A DNA stretch of 63,283 bases, filler included, from Reticulomyxa filosa (lineage: Eukaryota > Protista > Foraminifera): NCBI GenBank assembly GCA_000512085.1. It is 19 parts of 19 records of this genome, joined end to end, with 100 filler letters (N's around TTAATTAATTAA, not from the genome) between each part and the next. Parts side by side here need not be neighbours in the genome. Positions count along the whole stretch, not along the records: positions 1 to 7,153 come from ASPP01016325.1; positions 7,254 to 13,639 come from ASPP01044165.1; 17 more parts are not named here. One strand, written 5' to 3'. Both the position numbers and the translations under genes were made by a program. Positions within the stretch are counted from its first letter, which is position 1. Every line of letters starts with the position of its first letter. The notes under the pieces were generated by a model. That model had not been told where the DNA came from. It ran no database searches and saw only the letters and a program-made list of their open reading frames with translations. This document shows, in pieces, positions 1 through 13,739 of the stretch.

Positions 1-1407
1 CAAAAGGGTATTGAATCAATATTCAATGCGAAATTTTATTTGTTTTGTTTTGATAACCAAATAAGACTTATTGACTTTTTGGGCGTTCGCTGTCAACATC
101 CTACATTAGGTGGGTTTGGTGGGGGGCCTCAACAATTGCCTCATTTAGCGGCCTCCTTTGGCGCAGTGATGGCACTGTTAACGATTGGAACGAAGGAAGC
201 TTATGAATGCATTAACCGAGAGAAATTCTATCAATTCTTAAAGCGAATGAAACAACCCGACGGCAGCTTCAATATCCATGATGACGGTGAAACCGATATT
301 CGTGCAGTCTATTGCGGATTTGCGGCTGCACATGTTTTGAATATTTTGGATAAACGTGTTGCTGATGATGCTACTGCTCAATGGCTGAAGGAATGCCAAA
401 CTTATCAAGGTTTGTTTTTTGAAATACTAACGTACTAATTTTTTTTAAAAAAAAAAAAAAAAAGGCGAAAGACAAAGGCCAACAACACAACACCACAAGG
501 ATAGGAGGGTTTTCACAAGAACCTTATGACGAAGCACATGGAGGTTATGCGTACTGCGGTGCTAGTGCATTGCTCATTATGAATCGACCAGAAATGATTA
601 ATTTAGACACACTAGCAGTTTTGTTTAGGGATTATAGCAAATATATTTAATGCTTTTCTTTGTACATTGGAAAGTATAATAGTTTTTTTTTTAACGCTTT
701 CGCGAATATGTACGACATAAAATATGATAGAGATGGAGCAGTATGTGTCAAATGTCCTATGCGGGGGGATTTCAAGGTCGTACTCACAAATTAGTTGACA
801 CATGTTACTCGTTTTGGGTTGGTGGACTGTTTCCGCTGATTAATATTGCTTCCAGTTTGCAAAAAAATCCAAATGAAACAGGAAAAGAGAACGACAGCAT
901 TCCATTTTATTGGCAAAATTCAAAAACTTTGACTAATCCAACAAAAGAATCGAATAATACAATCACCGATATTTCTGATGAAAGTAATAATAAAGATAAA
1001 AATGAAGAAAAAAATGCAGACAGCTCCAATACAAAAACGGCCGATAATGTACCTTTGGTCAAGTTTCATACATTACAACTGCAAAAATATGTGTTGATAT
1101 GCGCCCAACATAGCAGTGGTGGCATTGTTGATAAACCTCCAAAGTTTTGATTCGTTCCTACTGCTAAAGAGGCAAAAAAAAAAAAGCAGAAAACACTTAA
1201 AATAAACAAAACAGGTCACCAGATTACTATCACACTTGTTATGGGTTGAGTGGCTTGTCAATTGCTCAACATTTAGATAATCAAGTACTAGGAGATAATC
1301 GACGCAATCATGTCAATGAAATTGACCCTCTTTATGGGATTTCAAAACAAAAATTAACAGACGCCATTGCATACTTTCATGCATTGCCCCGTATCACTGA
1401 AAAATAA
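1..1407 (+). CDS. FNTB: Protein farnesyltransferase beta subunit (5'-truncated, about 4 exons visible)
   Basis: Prenyltransferase repeats GGFGGGPQQLPHLAASF, DGETDIRAVYC, EAHGGYAYC, GGFQGRTHKLVDTCYSFW and DKPPK/SPDYYHTCYGLSGLS; stop TAA at 1405-1407. Confidence 0.93.
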
Positions 1408-1813
1408 CACTCTTTCACTACTTAATAAGTTTGGATTTTTATTTCTATTTGCCAAGAGGCTAAACAAAATTCATTAGAATGTTTTGTTTCGTGAAAATCA
1501 TTATGCAGTGCTTCTACTATTTGATGTTCAAAACGTTTTTGTCAAGTGCCTTTCAAACTGTTTTTTATATAATTTCGCCGTGACTAAGTTATACAAGGTA
1601 AATGTGATCGTATATTTTGTGTCCAAAGGACACAGAAAACGGGATTGTTTCTCACTCTTGGAGGTATTGAACAAAAAGGAAATCAATCGAAGGTAAAAGC
1701 GTCACTTTTTTTGGTTGTCAAAAAAACACACACACAACATTCCATAGTTTGATCACGCACAAGAGTGATCCGCTTCAACCTCACACTTTTGAGAAGAAAC
1801 AATTTAATTCGAA

Positions 1814-4800
1814 TCAATCCTCTTCTTTCACCCCAATTCCCTTGGATTTAAGTTCGTCTTTTACTCGCTCAAAATATCCTTGATCTGGAAAGCCATGATA
1901 GGCAAATCCACCATACATATTTGTTTTCAAATGTATTCCATTAAATACAATGACATTATCTAAAAGTCTGGTCATTGAATAACCAACGGTGAATATTAGT
2001 TTTCTTTCCCAAGCCGTTCGTAACAACTTCAATACTTCTCTGCCCTCTTTCGTGTCTGGCAAATATGCAACTCGTATGTCACCAAAATAAGGTTGGCCAG
2101 GATTGGGATGGTCATACCCTTGAATGCCTCCTTCAAATTGAAATGTCAGCTTGTGTGTTTTGCAACCCTCATAGCCTTCACAGCTTTCATTTATCTTCTC
2201 CACAGACAATGTCCCATCTGGCTGATTTCCTACCATATGTCCATAATTTTTTTTACAAACCGGACACTGCCTCTTGTCACTGATCCATTGCAATATACAT
2301 CCAATATGATACAAATGTGTCGGACATCGACTTAAGGCAATTGCAACGTCATCTAAGATAGAACAAGAATACCATCAATCGCATTGATATGCAAATGTAT
2401 TTGGATTTGATTTGCTTTCGAAAAAAGGACAAAGTAAAAGATAAAAACCTGTCAAGCGACTGGCATTAACAAATTCTGCCCACGGTCTTTCTTCGTGCAT
2501 TATGCGAACAACTTTATCTTCATCTTTTTGTGATTTGGCAGAAGCGTCGTCTTCAGTGCTTGTAATGATTTCAATCTCATTTTTTGGGGATGCCATGGCT
2601 TTTTCTTCTTTGGTCTCCGCTTCTTGTTCTTTCTTAATATCGCTATCTTTATCGTGCCCTACGGTTCCATTTTTGTTGTCTCCCGTCTCAGTTTCTTTTT
2701 CTTTTTCACTTTCATTCACCTTTGGCGTCGTTTGTTGTACTTCTTCGGTCACAATCATGTCTTTCATCAATTCATAGTCTTGTTTTTCTAGATTTAATAT
2801 TTCATCTTTGGCATGGTCCTCAGCTATGCTGCTTGTCGTACTGTTTGGTATTGACAACATCGTGTCGGCGTTGTTATTTGTTTCATTGGTTTGTCCTTTG
2901 GTATTGGTGGCGTGTTCATTAGGGGTCGTTGGCACTTCTTTGTCAATAGTATCATTGATCGAACGCCAATGATCTTTCATTTTTTGATCATTTCTTTTTT
3001 CCTTTCGTGTTTTGGTTTCTTTGTCATCACTTTCGTCCTCGTCATTCTTTTTTTGTTCTTGTTCAAGCTTCTCTTTCGTATTCTTGTCCAGTGTCATTTG
3101 CATTTCCCAATCTTTCATTAAAGGTTTTTGCTTTTTCTTGAGTTTCTCCTGTTCTTTCAAGAGTTTTTTCTTCTCCTTTTCTTCGTGGATTTCTCGTTTT
3201 TTTTGCTCTTCTTTTAATTTATCACGTTTCTCCTGAGATAATTCCGCGATTTCCTTCAGCTCCTCTTCGCTCAGTTTTAATATGTTTTCCTTGGCTGAAA
3301 ATTCTTCAAAGCAAATATGGCAATTCAAGTGTTGTTTTTCCAAATTCTATACACATGCATATACATGTATGTACATATATCGGTTTGCAAAAAAAAAAAA
3401 AAAAGGTGCATGCATTACAAAAATCATTTTTGTGTCTCCCCCTTTCTTCCTTCCACACACACACACACACATATGCATTCCCTTTGTCACAAAACTTGTA
3501 TGTCATCTTCAGTAAGCAGCCTGAAGTGTTGCTTCAATCGATTCAATCTCTTTTTTCGGAGTGGTTTATTCATTTTCGCACTTTCGATTTTCCAAATGCT
3601 CGGCTTGCGTATGACCGGTCGTCGTTGACCGGACTGGGTGTTGACTTGAAACACTCGAGTCGGCTGTTTTTGTCGCGTTCAAACTGGATCGCATACAGTC
3701 CTAGGTTTCGGGAAAAAAAGCCATGTTTCAACGGCAAGTACATTTTTTTGGGGTTTTGATAAGCTTTTTCGATTGCCTTTGCGCTGCGCTTGTCGTACTC
3801 GTGCTAACATCATTTCCCCCCCCCCCCCCCCCCCCCATATGCACGCACGCACGCATGCATGCATATTACATATTGTACACATACATATATACGATGATGA
3901 TATATATACATATATATACATATATGTTATATAGGAGTCAAGTAGTTTAGTTGTAATTTCCATATATCATTTTCATTTATTTCACTTGATTCCTCCCCTC
4001 TCCCTCTTTCCTCCTCTGAGAGAGTCGAAACAAAAGCTTGAACAAACCTCTTCAACGTCTAACTGGCAAAACCATTGTGCCGGGGGCTCATTGTTCTTGT
4101 CTCCTCCATCGGCATCCGCTTTTCCGTCTTTATTGGAATTCTCCAAATTGCTTTCAGCATCACTATTTGCATTATCATTATCATTGTCATTATCATTATC
4201 TTTATCATTATCTTTATCTTTATCTTTATCCTTTTTTTTGTCCTTTTCTTGCTCCTTTTCATTTTCTTCGTCTTGTTTTGATTTTTTATCTATTTTTTCG
4301 TTCACATCTTTCCAGTGCTTTCTGGCCCGTTTGCTGTCCTTTTTTGTCTCTTTCTTCTTCTTCTTCTTCTTATTCTTATTCTTATTCTTGTCCTTTTTCT
4401 TCTTTCCCCTCGAAGAGGATGAAGACGATGAAGAAGAGGACTCATCATTGTCATTGTCATTGTCATCTTCATCTTCATCGTCAGACTCGCTCGAGCTGGA
4501 ATCAGAATCGTCTTTCGATTTCTTGGTCTTCTTTTTCTTTTTTTCAGAAGAGTCCTCAGTTTCGCTTTCACTCTCATTCTCACTTTCACTTTCAGTTTCG
4601 CTTTCACTTTCAGTTTCACTTTCAGTTTCGCTTTCACTCTCACTTTCGCCACTGCTATCACTGTCCCCGGAATTCTTCTTTTTTTTCTTTTTTTTATGGT
4701 ATTTGATTGGTGGATTCCTCTCCACTTGACGCTGGAAACCTGTCCTTGTGTTTTGCTGCGTTACTGCCACTGGCTTCGTGCGGAAATTAAACGTTATTTG

Positions 4801-5130
4801 ATACATTCCTCGCTGACTCTTAAAATAACCATGCTTCAGGCTTAAGTCCTTTGACTTCTTTGCTTGGTATGCCTTTTCTATATCTGCACTCGTCTTTTTG
4901 TCGTATTCCATTCTTTGGTTGTCCACTACACAGTACCATCTCGCTTTCTTTTTCTTCTTCTTCTTCTTATCTTCCTCTTTCTCCTCTTCTTTTTTCACAT
5001 CCTTCTTCTTCACTTCGTCATCTTTTTTCTTTTTTGAAGATTCACTGTCTTTATCTTTATCCTTCGCATTATCTTTGTCTTTATCGCGTTTCTTTTTATG
5101 CTTGCTCTTATGCTTTTTTTCGTCGCTCAT
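1814..5130 (-). CDS. Deltex-family E3 ubiquitin ligase: two WWE domains, split RING-H2 and Deltex C-terminal (DTC) domain; multi-exon
   Basis: WWE1 ARWYCVVDNQRMEYDKKTSADIEKAY..QQNTRTGFQRQVER; WWE2 spliced AQWFCQLDVEE|HEYDKRSAKAIEKAY..QVNTQSGQRRPVIR (exon about 3500-3804); RING CHIC...CPTHLYHIGC..CPVC; DTC GNQPDG..HPNPGQPY..AYLPDTKEGREVLKLL..IHLKT..HGFPD. Confidence 0.9.
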
Positions 5131-5464
5131 TTATTTATTTTATTTCTTTTTTTTTCTAGTTGTCTTTTGTGGACTCCCTTTCGCTCATAAGTTTAAACCT
5201 TAACACATATATCCACTGGCCTCGCCGTTATAAACCCATAAACCGCGATTTGTAGCGTTGTTTTTGAACTGTGATTACACGTTTCTGTAAATATCCCTCC
5301 CACATTGCTAAAGAGAATCCAATGATTTACATCTTTTGAAACAAGGTCACCCTAACTAATTTGGAATGGAAAAGGAACTATTACATCAAGCGGAAAAAAA
5401 GAGTAAACATAACGTTTCCAAGAAAAGTTAAAAAAGGCAAGTATCCCTTCGGCTTCATAAAGAT

Positions 5465-7108
5465 ATGTCAGAGATGGACAATGATGTCGAACGTTAAGTG
5501 AACCTGTCCTAAAAAACAAAACGAGCAACTAAAAAAAAAAAAAAATGAACAAATATATGACCGTAATATATAAATAAGATGACGAGCCAAAAAGGCCTAG
5601 CCGAAAGAAAGGAACGCGTTCACCAGGAGGACGTCGAAGACTAAGAGAAGAGCGTTCACGTAGCAACAGCAAGACACCAGTAGAGCCAAAGAGCACCCGC
5701 CGCGAGCGTGAAGTATCAGAGACGGAGGAAGAGAGAGGCGAAAAGAAGAGACGATCTCGAGACCGCAAGCAAGCGCACGACAAGCGGCGCGTATCACAAA
5801 CGAGAATAGATAAAAGCAAAAGCAAGACGAAGAAGAAGAAAGGGAAGCAAAGTCCAACAGACGACGTAGATGGGCCAAGTGCAAGTGGAACAAGTGACGA
5901 GGACCGTAAATCAAAGAAGGTAAAACACCGAGAAGAAAGTGAGACCCATCGAGGCGAAAAGTCGAAAAAGAAGCAACCGCAAAAGAAGAAGAAGAAGAAA
6001 AAAGGAACAGAAGAGGAGGAAGAAGGAGAAGACGAGGAAGAAGAGGAAGAAGGAGAAGAAGAAGAAGAAGAAGAAGAAGAAGAAGAAGAGGAGGAGGAAG
6101 AGGAAGAGGAAGAAGAAGAGCAAGAAGGAACAAATGGACCCAAAAAAAATGGGACCAAAAAAAAAAATCGACCGGCGACTACCGTATCTTCGAAACGTAA
6201 GAAAAACAGTGATAACGACGACGATAACGAAGATGACGACGGGGGTCAAGCCAGCAAAAAAATTAAAAAAAAAGACAAGTCCAAAAAGCAACCAACTAAA
6301 AACAAGAGCAAAGATGAGGACGACGACGATAACGATGAAGAAGAAGGGACAGAACGTGATCACGATGGCAATGAGAAAACTAAAACCAAAACGAAAAGGA
6401 AGAGCAAAAGTAAGAGCAAAAGTAAAAGCAAAGCGGCGGGTGGTAAGGAGGAAGATGAGGGAGAGGAGAAAACAAAGGACAAAGACAAAGATAAAGATAA
6501 GGAAAAAGATAAGGAAAAAGATAAGGAAAAAGAAAAAGAAAAAGATAAGGATAAAGACAAAGACAAAGAGAAAGACAAAGACAAAGATAAGGAAAAGGCA
6601 AAAGAAGAGGATGACGAGGACGAGGACGACGAAGATGACGCTAAGCAAAAACAGGAATGGAAACTGTTGAGTCCAGAAGAAAAAATTGAACAAATGAATC
6701 GATTCAACAAAGGCAAATTGGCTCAAACTTATGTTATCAAAGAAAAATTGGGCAAGTTTTGTTTTTTTATTTTTATTTTTTTATTTTTATTTTTATTTTT
6801 ATTTTTTTTTTTGAAAAAAAAAAAAATTATACATATATACGCCACACAATGTACGGTGACATATACGTTAAAACAATGGACCACTTTTTTTTATGTGTTG
6901 CTTTATTCTACTCTACTCTGCTCTACTTTGCTTTGCGGCCCTATGACTCTGTCATCCAATTGATTGACGCAGGGGCAACTTTGCCGTTGTGAGGAGGGTT
7001 GTTCGTAGAAGTGACGAAAAATCTTTCGCTGCCAAAATTGTCTCGAAAAAACACTTGTCCGCTGAGGAAAAGCAAGAAATTCATGATGAAGTCTCTTTGC
7101 TCAGACAG
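5465..7108 (+). CDS. Ser/Thr protein kinase (CaMK-like) with a long Lys/Glu/Asp-rich N-terminus; 3'-truncated at contig end
   Basis: Frame open from about 5578 to 6755, then spliced KLGK|GNFAVVRRV..FAAKIVSKK..EIHDEVSLLRQ (Gly loop, subdomain II Lys, helix C Glu); start ATG 5465 tentative. Confidence 0.8.
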
Positions 7109-7153
7109 GTGTTTATATACATATATATGTACATATATATTTATATGTATGTA

Positions 7154-7253
7154 NNNNNNNNNNNNNNNNNNNNNNNNNNNNNNNNNNNNNNNNNNNNTTA
7201 ATTAATTAANNNNNNNNNNNNNNNNNNNNNNNNNNNNNNNNNNNNNNNNNNNN
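7154..7253. other. Artificial contig linker N44-TTAATTAATTAA-N44 (first of 18; others start at 13640, 15422, 17620, 18981, 25645, 26908, 28175, 32480, 34277, 35424, 36861, 38426, 39818, 45445, 47980, 49588, 61991)
   Basis: Same 100-nt unit each time, with a six-frame stop spacer; the flanking sequences are unrelated. Confidence 0.98.
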
Positions 7254-7399
7254 CAATTAACTACATTGCCTTCTAGCACATCCACCCAAACGTCTCACCA
7301 AATCGCCGACTCCACTTCCGCGTATATCTCCTACTGCATCGCCCATAGTGTTATTTTTCCAATGAATACGTAATCTCATGTATTCTTGGACAAAGTGCT

Positions 7400-10300
7400 C
7401 GACGACGTTCCGTTTCAAGCTTATTGGCGACGTGCCTTGTTTGCGTCGTGCTGTGTAGGCGTGTGGGGTCGTGGATGAGGGGGGAACGTGTCCTTTTTTG
7501 TCATTTTGCTTCAATATGTTATTATCGCGACGGTCCGCTACATGGTGCAGTCATCAATGTTGCTTTCGTGATATGCCAACGCGATCAATCAAGCCCACGC
7601 CAAAGAGTCAATTGCTCAACACTTTGGCTAGAATACCTGCAAACATACTCAACATTTTATGTCCAAATTCCATCCTGGACATTACATATATACTGTACAA
7701 CCTGGTCACCTTTCAACATTCGTCCGATAGTGCCATTTTCCAAATCCTCCGGCAATATTTGAGTGTTACCAGTTCCGAGGTCGAATCAACTACCAATAAG
7801 ACAGGTTTTTTTTCAATCATAACATTTTTTTTTTTTATAATCAACTCATTAATTAACAAAAAAAAAAAATAATAATAATAATGCAAATAAAGATGTGACG
7901 GCAGAGTTGCAATGGTACAATGTGAGCGTGCTTGCGACGACATTCGATACGCCACACTACCACAGTCAGTTGAAGGACAAGATTGTGGAGAACTTGAACG
8001 AGCTAACGCAATTGGATGTGACGAACAGCAACATGATATCGTTTAGTGTTGCAGCAGGAAGTGTGACGCCCAAAACGTATGTAACAAGGAAAGAGGAGGC
8101 CTGCGGGACACAGCCACCGCATTAATGTCGGCTCAGCTTCTCTCCAGTGGAAATGTCGTCGTGTTGACATTTAACAAAGACACCAACTTGGGAGGGGGGT
8201 GCCAAGTGGTAACTTTGACTGCGCTTTGCTGGTGGATTCACTCACCGTCTCATGGTTGGGAAATATTTCTTCTTCTCCTTCCAGTGCTCATGGCACTCGA
8301 CCAATATATTGCTGTATGGCCATTCTTTCTTACTTTGGGGACGTCCTCAGTGCAAGTGTTGTCGTTTCGTATTGCCTTACAACGCAGCACTTTGCAAACA
8401 ACAAGCAAATGCATCATTATTTTATATCCTATCGGTTAAAACAAAATCTTTTCTCCTTATCTACAATGCATGTATAATATCCCAGACAACACACACATAC
8501 ATGAAACATTAATTTTTTAAAAAATTTTTTTAAATAGTTGCTCCCCCAGATTCGTATCCTTTGGTGGATACTTGCATTTTTTGCGCCGCGTATATATCCA
8601 AGTGCGATGCTGCGGAGTCAGCTGGCAGTGACGGACGATCTTTGGAATATGTCTGGAGTGTGATCGACGGTGAAGATGACACGACGACACTCGATAGTTG
8701 GCTCACTCAAAATCACGTGACTTTGGACAGCAGTGTGTTGTGCATACAATATGGTCTCATCTTTATTCAATGGCAAAGTATCCAAGTTTTGTAAACATTA
8801 GTTTTTTTGAGGATCACGTGTGAACGTGTCTGTTTTTTTTGCAATGCAGTGGATCATGATCCTCAGCGATAGGAAATGATAAGTATATGGATGGGGAGGG
8901 CAAGCAATCGACTTGCGATCATGGAATGTGACGACGCTTAGACTACTGGACCGCGTATGCATTTGCAGTGATCGCGACGCATCCGATACAATTCCTCAAG
9001 TGATTGGCGAGTTGTGCAGCACGAATGTGAGTCTGTTTTGCTTGGACAAAGTAGTACTGATTTGACGACGCTATCCAATGTACTGTCACCACACACACAC
9101 ACACACACACACTGCCGATAACCACATCTCGTTTGCTTTAACGCCAATGGCCAATTGCTCGGCTGTTGTCACCAACATTGATGCGACAAACAACAATGCC
9201 TTCCTCTCTGTGACCACAGATTCGTCATCGGAATGTGCTTTTGCATATGGGTCGTTGAACACAATCACTATTTCAAATCGAATTCGAGAAGATACATATT
9301 ATCCTTATGTCATAGGTTATTTTTTTAAACAAATTTATATACATACATATATGCATATATGCACATATAATTTTGTTTGTTTGTTTTGTGATAGAAACGG
9401 CTGTGATTGTGTTGACAAATATCACTCCGTTGGGAGGCACGTGCAATATGTCCACAACATTGTCGGCGAAAGCCTTTGCTTCATTGTTTGTAGTATGTTG
9501 TGATAACGAGGCTCGACATTGGTATGAAAGCTTAGCGTCTGGTCCTTCTTTAGAGTATTCTGGTGTGGGTCGTTTCAGCAGAAACTTCTCCAACTGTGTA
9601 TTGTCGCAAGCCACCCTCTCGAGTGAAGCGCTGTTGTCTACCTTGCCGCGCATTTAAAGTGGCAGACTGGATGTACAACAATTCCCTTTCTTTTTATATT
9701 GGAAGATACTACGTGTATGCGCAAATCCGAGACGTATACACGCATGCGATTTCCGTGTCTCTATTGTCGAATGTGATTTTAGTGACACTGCCATCCAGTG
9801 CGGATCACTTGTATGTAAGCGCGTCGCAGATGAGATATCACTATTTCGCGCAGAGACAAATCAACGAATACATGAGTGCAATGACAGCGGTGATGTATTC
9901 GCTATTTAACAATGCCAATGGATTTGAACAAGTGTTCAACATGTCTGAGCTGCCGACGCAAGCGTCGTTTGATGCAGATACGAGTTGGTATGTGAATTGG
10001 ATGAATGAAATGATATTTTGGTATGAACATGCGGAGATGAAGAGGATCGACGACATTGCCGAGTACATTGAAGCATTGGCGAATATGGCAAGGTTATATT
10101 TCTTACAAGGTGAACCAGACAGCTCGACGTTGGATGTGACCAAGGCGCAAATGATCATTGATGCATTGACCAATGCGTTGCAATTGTATTCGTCACAACT
10201 CAGTAAGTATGAAAATGCAAGAATCGATCACGTGCAAGGCATTATAGACACCGTGTCCATCTTGTTGCAACAATGTGTGAATGGCCAGAAAGTGGACCCC

Positions 10301-13300
10301 CAAAACTCGCAGTACGTTCACTTGATTAGTACTGTCTATTCCTTATTGCAAAGTTGCGGCTTACATGCGTTTGTGGATGCAAACCCATTGGAATGTGTGC
10401 AGTTTGATTTCCTTGTTAGTAATGCCAATTGGCCTGTTCAAGGCAAAGTGCAAGTGACCAAAGCAAGTGGAGATGACTTGTCGCAGTGCAATCGACCATG
10501 CCATTATAGTCATGATCACTCATACACAGACGACAACAATAACACCTTACAGCTGAATATGGGCTTCTCATGGCCGCAATCCTGGATCTTTGCTGAAGAC
10601 ACGCTTGTCAGTGGCACTAATGTAAGTGCTATTGGCGTGGAGCAAGTCTCTTGTGTCATGTTTGGTGTGTCCGGTCACGCAATTGATCCAGCCATTACGT
10701 CGATCATTTTGTCATTGGAATTGTTTGACACTACGGTTTGTTGTTTTTTTTTTAAAAAAAAAAAAAGGGTTGTATAATATATACATACATATTTCAGAAT
10801 GAAAGACCTTCGTCCGCAATTCCAATCGCCACGACTGATGGCTGTGACGCATTTGCGATGAATCTGAGCGTATCAGATCAGAGTCTGACCACGACATTGA
10901 AATTGGAGCAGTCATACACCGTGCCCGAATGTGTGAATTATTACTTTGACAAAAGCGACAATTCCTTCCAATGGAACAGTGACCATTGCGGTGTGGTCAT
11001 TTATAATGAAAGTCGTGTTGAGTGTGCGTGCACTCAATTCAATCTGTTTGCCGTCGAAGTGAACCAGTTCAAAACCACCGTGAGCACGCAAACGTCGTCC
11101 GAGCCCATCAGCTTCCGACACAACCTGCTACATATCGATCCGATTCCATTGATCGTCGCTATTGCACTTGCCGGCTCACTCATTGTCGGATGGCTCTTTT
11201 TTCAATTCGTATGCAGTCAGGATTCACTTCCAATATTAGCTTATGCTGACAGTATTTTTCCGTTTTGTTTTTTTTCCCAATGCATATACCATGCGTTTGT
11301 GCATATGTACATATACATATACACATATATATATATATATTATGTACATGTATATTTATATATATATATATATATGTAATATTAAATAATACCAAAATAG
11401 CGAAACACGAGATGACATGTTCAAACACACGACTCTGTATCAATCGCTGTCAGTGCTGTTCTCTCCACAATTAAGCGTGTTTAGCAAAGGATTGAAATTG
11501 TGGTGGCAAAGCTTGCACGAGTATCACTTGTTGAGTGGCTTGTGTTGTGCCCGACGACATAGTCATTTGCATCGGTCCGAGCGTTGGCTGTTTTTGATAC
11601 TGTTTGTAACGACAATGTATTTCTTGTCTGTTGTTTTTTACGTGACGAGCTTGGAGTCCGCGTTTGAAAAGGCATTTTGTAATAACCTTTCATGGGATTA
11701 TTTGCGCGATCAAAAGTGGTGCAAAGAATTGTGGATGGTGATCATTGCCAGTTTTGTGGCCTGCGTCCCAGTATTTTGGGTGATGGGCTATTTCTTATTT
11801 AAACTGTGTTCCAGAAAGACAGGCCACGCAATGGGAGGAAGCGTCGACGATTTTGTCTCTGGCTCGCCTGCTCTGGGATACTTCTCGGTCCTTGAGACAT
11901 GAGTTCTTCTTGGACCACTTGAATAATGAACTAGTTGAACCTAATGAAAGCAGCTATCTCATTACCACACCAAGTGCCCGAAGAACAGCACAGGAGGATG
12001 ACTACAGTGTTACCAAATATCTCCTCTTTCTCTCTCCAAATCAAACATAACAACCACAACAAATTCAACAACCATCTGCTGTTTCGTTTGTATATACGTA
12101 TATATATGTATGTACATATATATGTACATATTATATGTATGTGTATGTGCAGTGTAAATGAAGAAAAGGAATAGAACGTTGTGAGAAAAAATTCAGGTTT
12201 GTTTTTTTAAAAAAAGAAATAAGAGAGTTGTAATAGCATTTTTTTGTAATTATCTTGATAATGATGATGACGATAGTGGGGATGGAATAAAGATTCGATC
12301 ATCACAGTCAGTACAATCGCCACGAGCATCGCGACTATCTCTGTCTTCACAGCAGTTGCAACAACCAACACATCCCACACAGCCCTCAAATGAAGCGCCG
12401 AGGCCGATGTTAGGCGGACAAATGGGCAAGAAGCTTGAAGACGCAGAAGAAGAAGAAGAAGAAGAAAGCGAGTACGTTACTCCGGGAGGAGACGACCAAA
12501 GAAAAGACAAGGACAAGGACAACACAGGGATGATGAATACCCTCGATCGAACGAAGGAAAATAGACTATCAGTAGCAGAAGCAGTAGCGAAATCGCGCGA
12601 TCCGTTCGAACAGTGAGGGGACACAGTGGACATAAAGGTGACGACGACGACGGAGAGGACGCAGGTGGTGTCGTATGGTTTGAAAGTGGAGTTGACTAAG
12701 AGTGTCGACGAGGCCAGCGACACGGCCGAGCCTTTGGACAAAACGTCGTCGTCGTTGGTGTTCATCCTCAGAAACGATCAAGAGAAAGTAAAATACATGA
12801 AGAAGGCCTCGCAATTGATGCAAGAGTTTGGTTACAGCGAAGAGGAGACCAATTTGAAATCGGCCGAACTTGTGTTGTCAGAACAAGGAAGAGCAATGGT
12901 GATGACGATGATGATGATGAGAATGAAAATGAATTGCAAGAAAAGGTGAATCTTGAAGCAATGTCCGCAGAGGAACGAAAAAAAAGACAAAAGCAGTTGA
13001 CGATTGAACAATTGGAGGTCATGTCCAACTTCGAGAAGCGGAATTGACTCGTCGAAGACCGCTGTTTCAAGAGTATCCTTTGCCACATCACCACAAGTAC
13101 TGTTGCTTTATTCTCATAGCATCTATCTCTTTTGCATGCTCGTCGCCATCGCCATTTCGGAAACTCCAACCACCATCGTCGTCGTCACGTCCAATCAAGT
13201 TTCTTTCGTCACTGCCAATGACAGAAGAAGGACGGACACGCAAGACTTTGCAGATACCACTTTCGCACAAACGTATGTATAACTTTGTTGGAAGTGGAAG

Positions 13301-13639
13301 AGCGCAGCTTATGCCAATGACATGACGAGCAAGAGTAGTTTGCAAGAAATCTGGAGTGGGAAGAGCGGCAACAACAATAAATAAAAAAGCGATACGATGC
13401 ATATCAGCCATTGATGATCTGGTGTTTTTCGCTGACGTGACGACATGAGTCAGTGAATTAATAACATTTACTGCGAATTTGGACGACTGTGCAAACATTC
13501 CAAGCATATGCACTATCGACCCGAAACAAACAGCAAACATTCACGCAAGCCGAAATCGACTCATTGCTACTATCCAAAGACAAAGAAATGAACCGCTACA
13601 AATTGGGTGATAGATATCGTCTGCATGTCACACTGGATG
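7400..13639 (+). CDS. Large polycystin-1-like / REJ-GPS membrane protein, with many apparent frameshifts
   Basis: CDAAESAGSDGRSLEYVWS, TPLGGTCNM and YYVYAQIRDVY (REJ-like); GPS-like CVNYY..WNSDHC..VECACTQFNLFAV followed by a TM helix; PKD1-like EYHLLSGL..HRSERWLFL followed by more TMs. Confidence 0.6.
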
Positions 13640-13739
13640 NNNNNNNNNNNNNNNNNNNNNNNNNNNNNNNNNNNNNNNNNNNNTTAATTAATTAANNNNN
13701 NNNNNNNNNNNNNNNNNNNNNNNNNNNNNNNNNNNNNNN

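Noticed and set aside
3986-6726. Many long overlapping or antisense ORFs (poly-S/L/F/K)
   Set aside because: Shadow frames of low-complexity coding repeats in the Deltex and kinase genes
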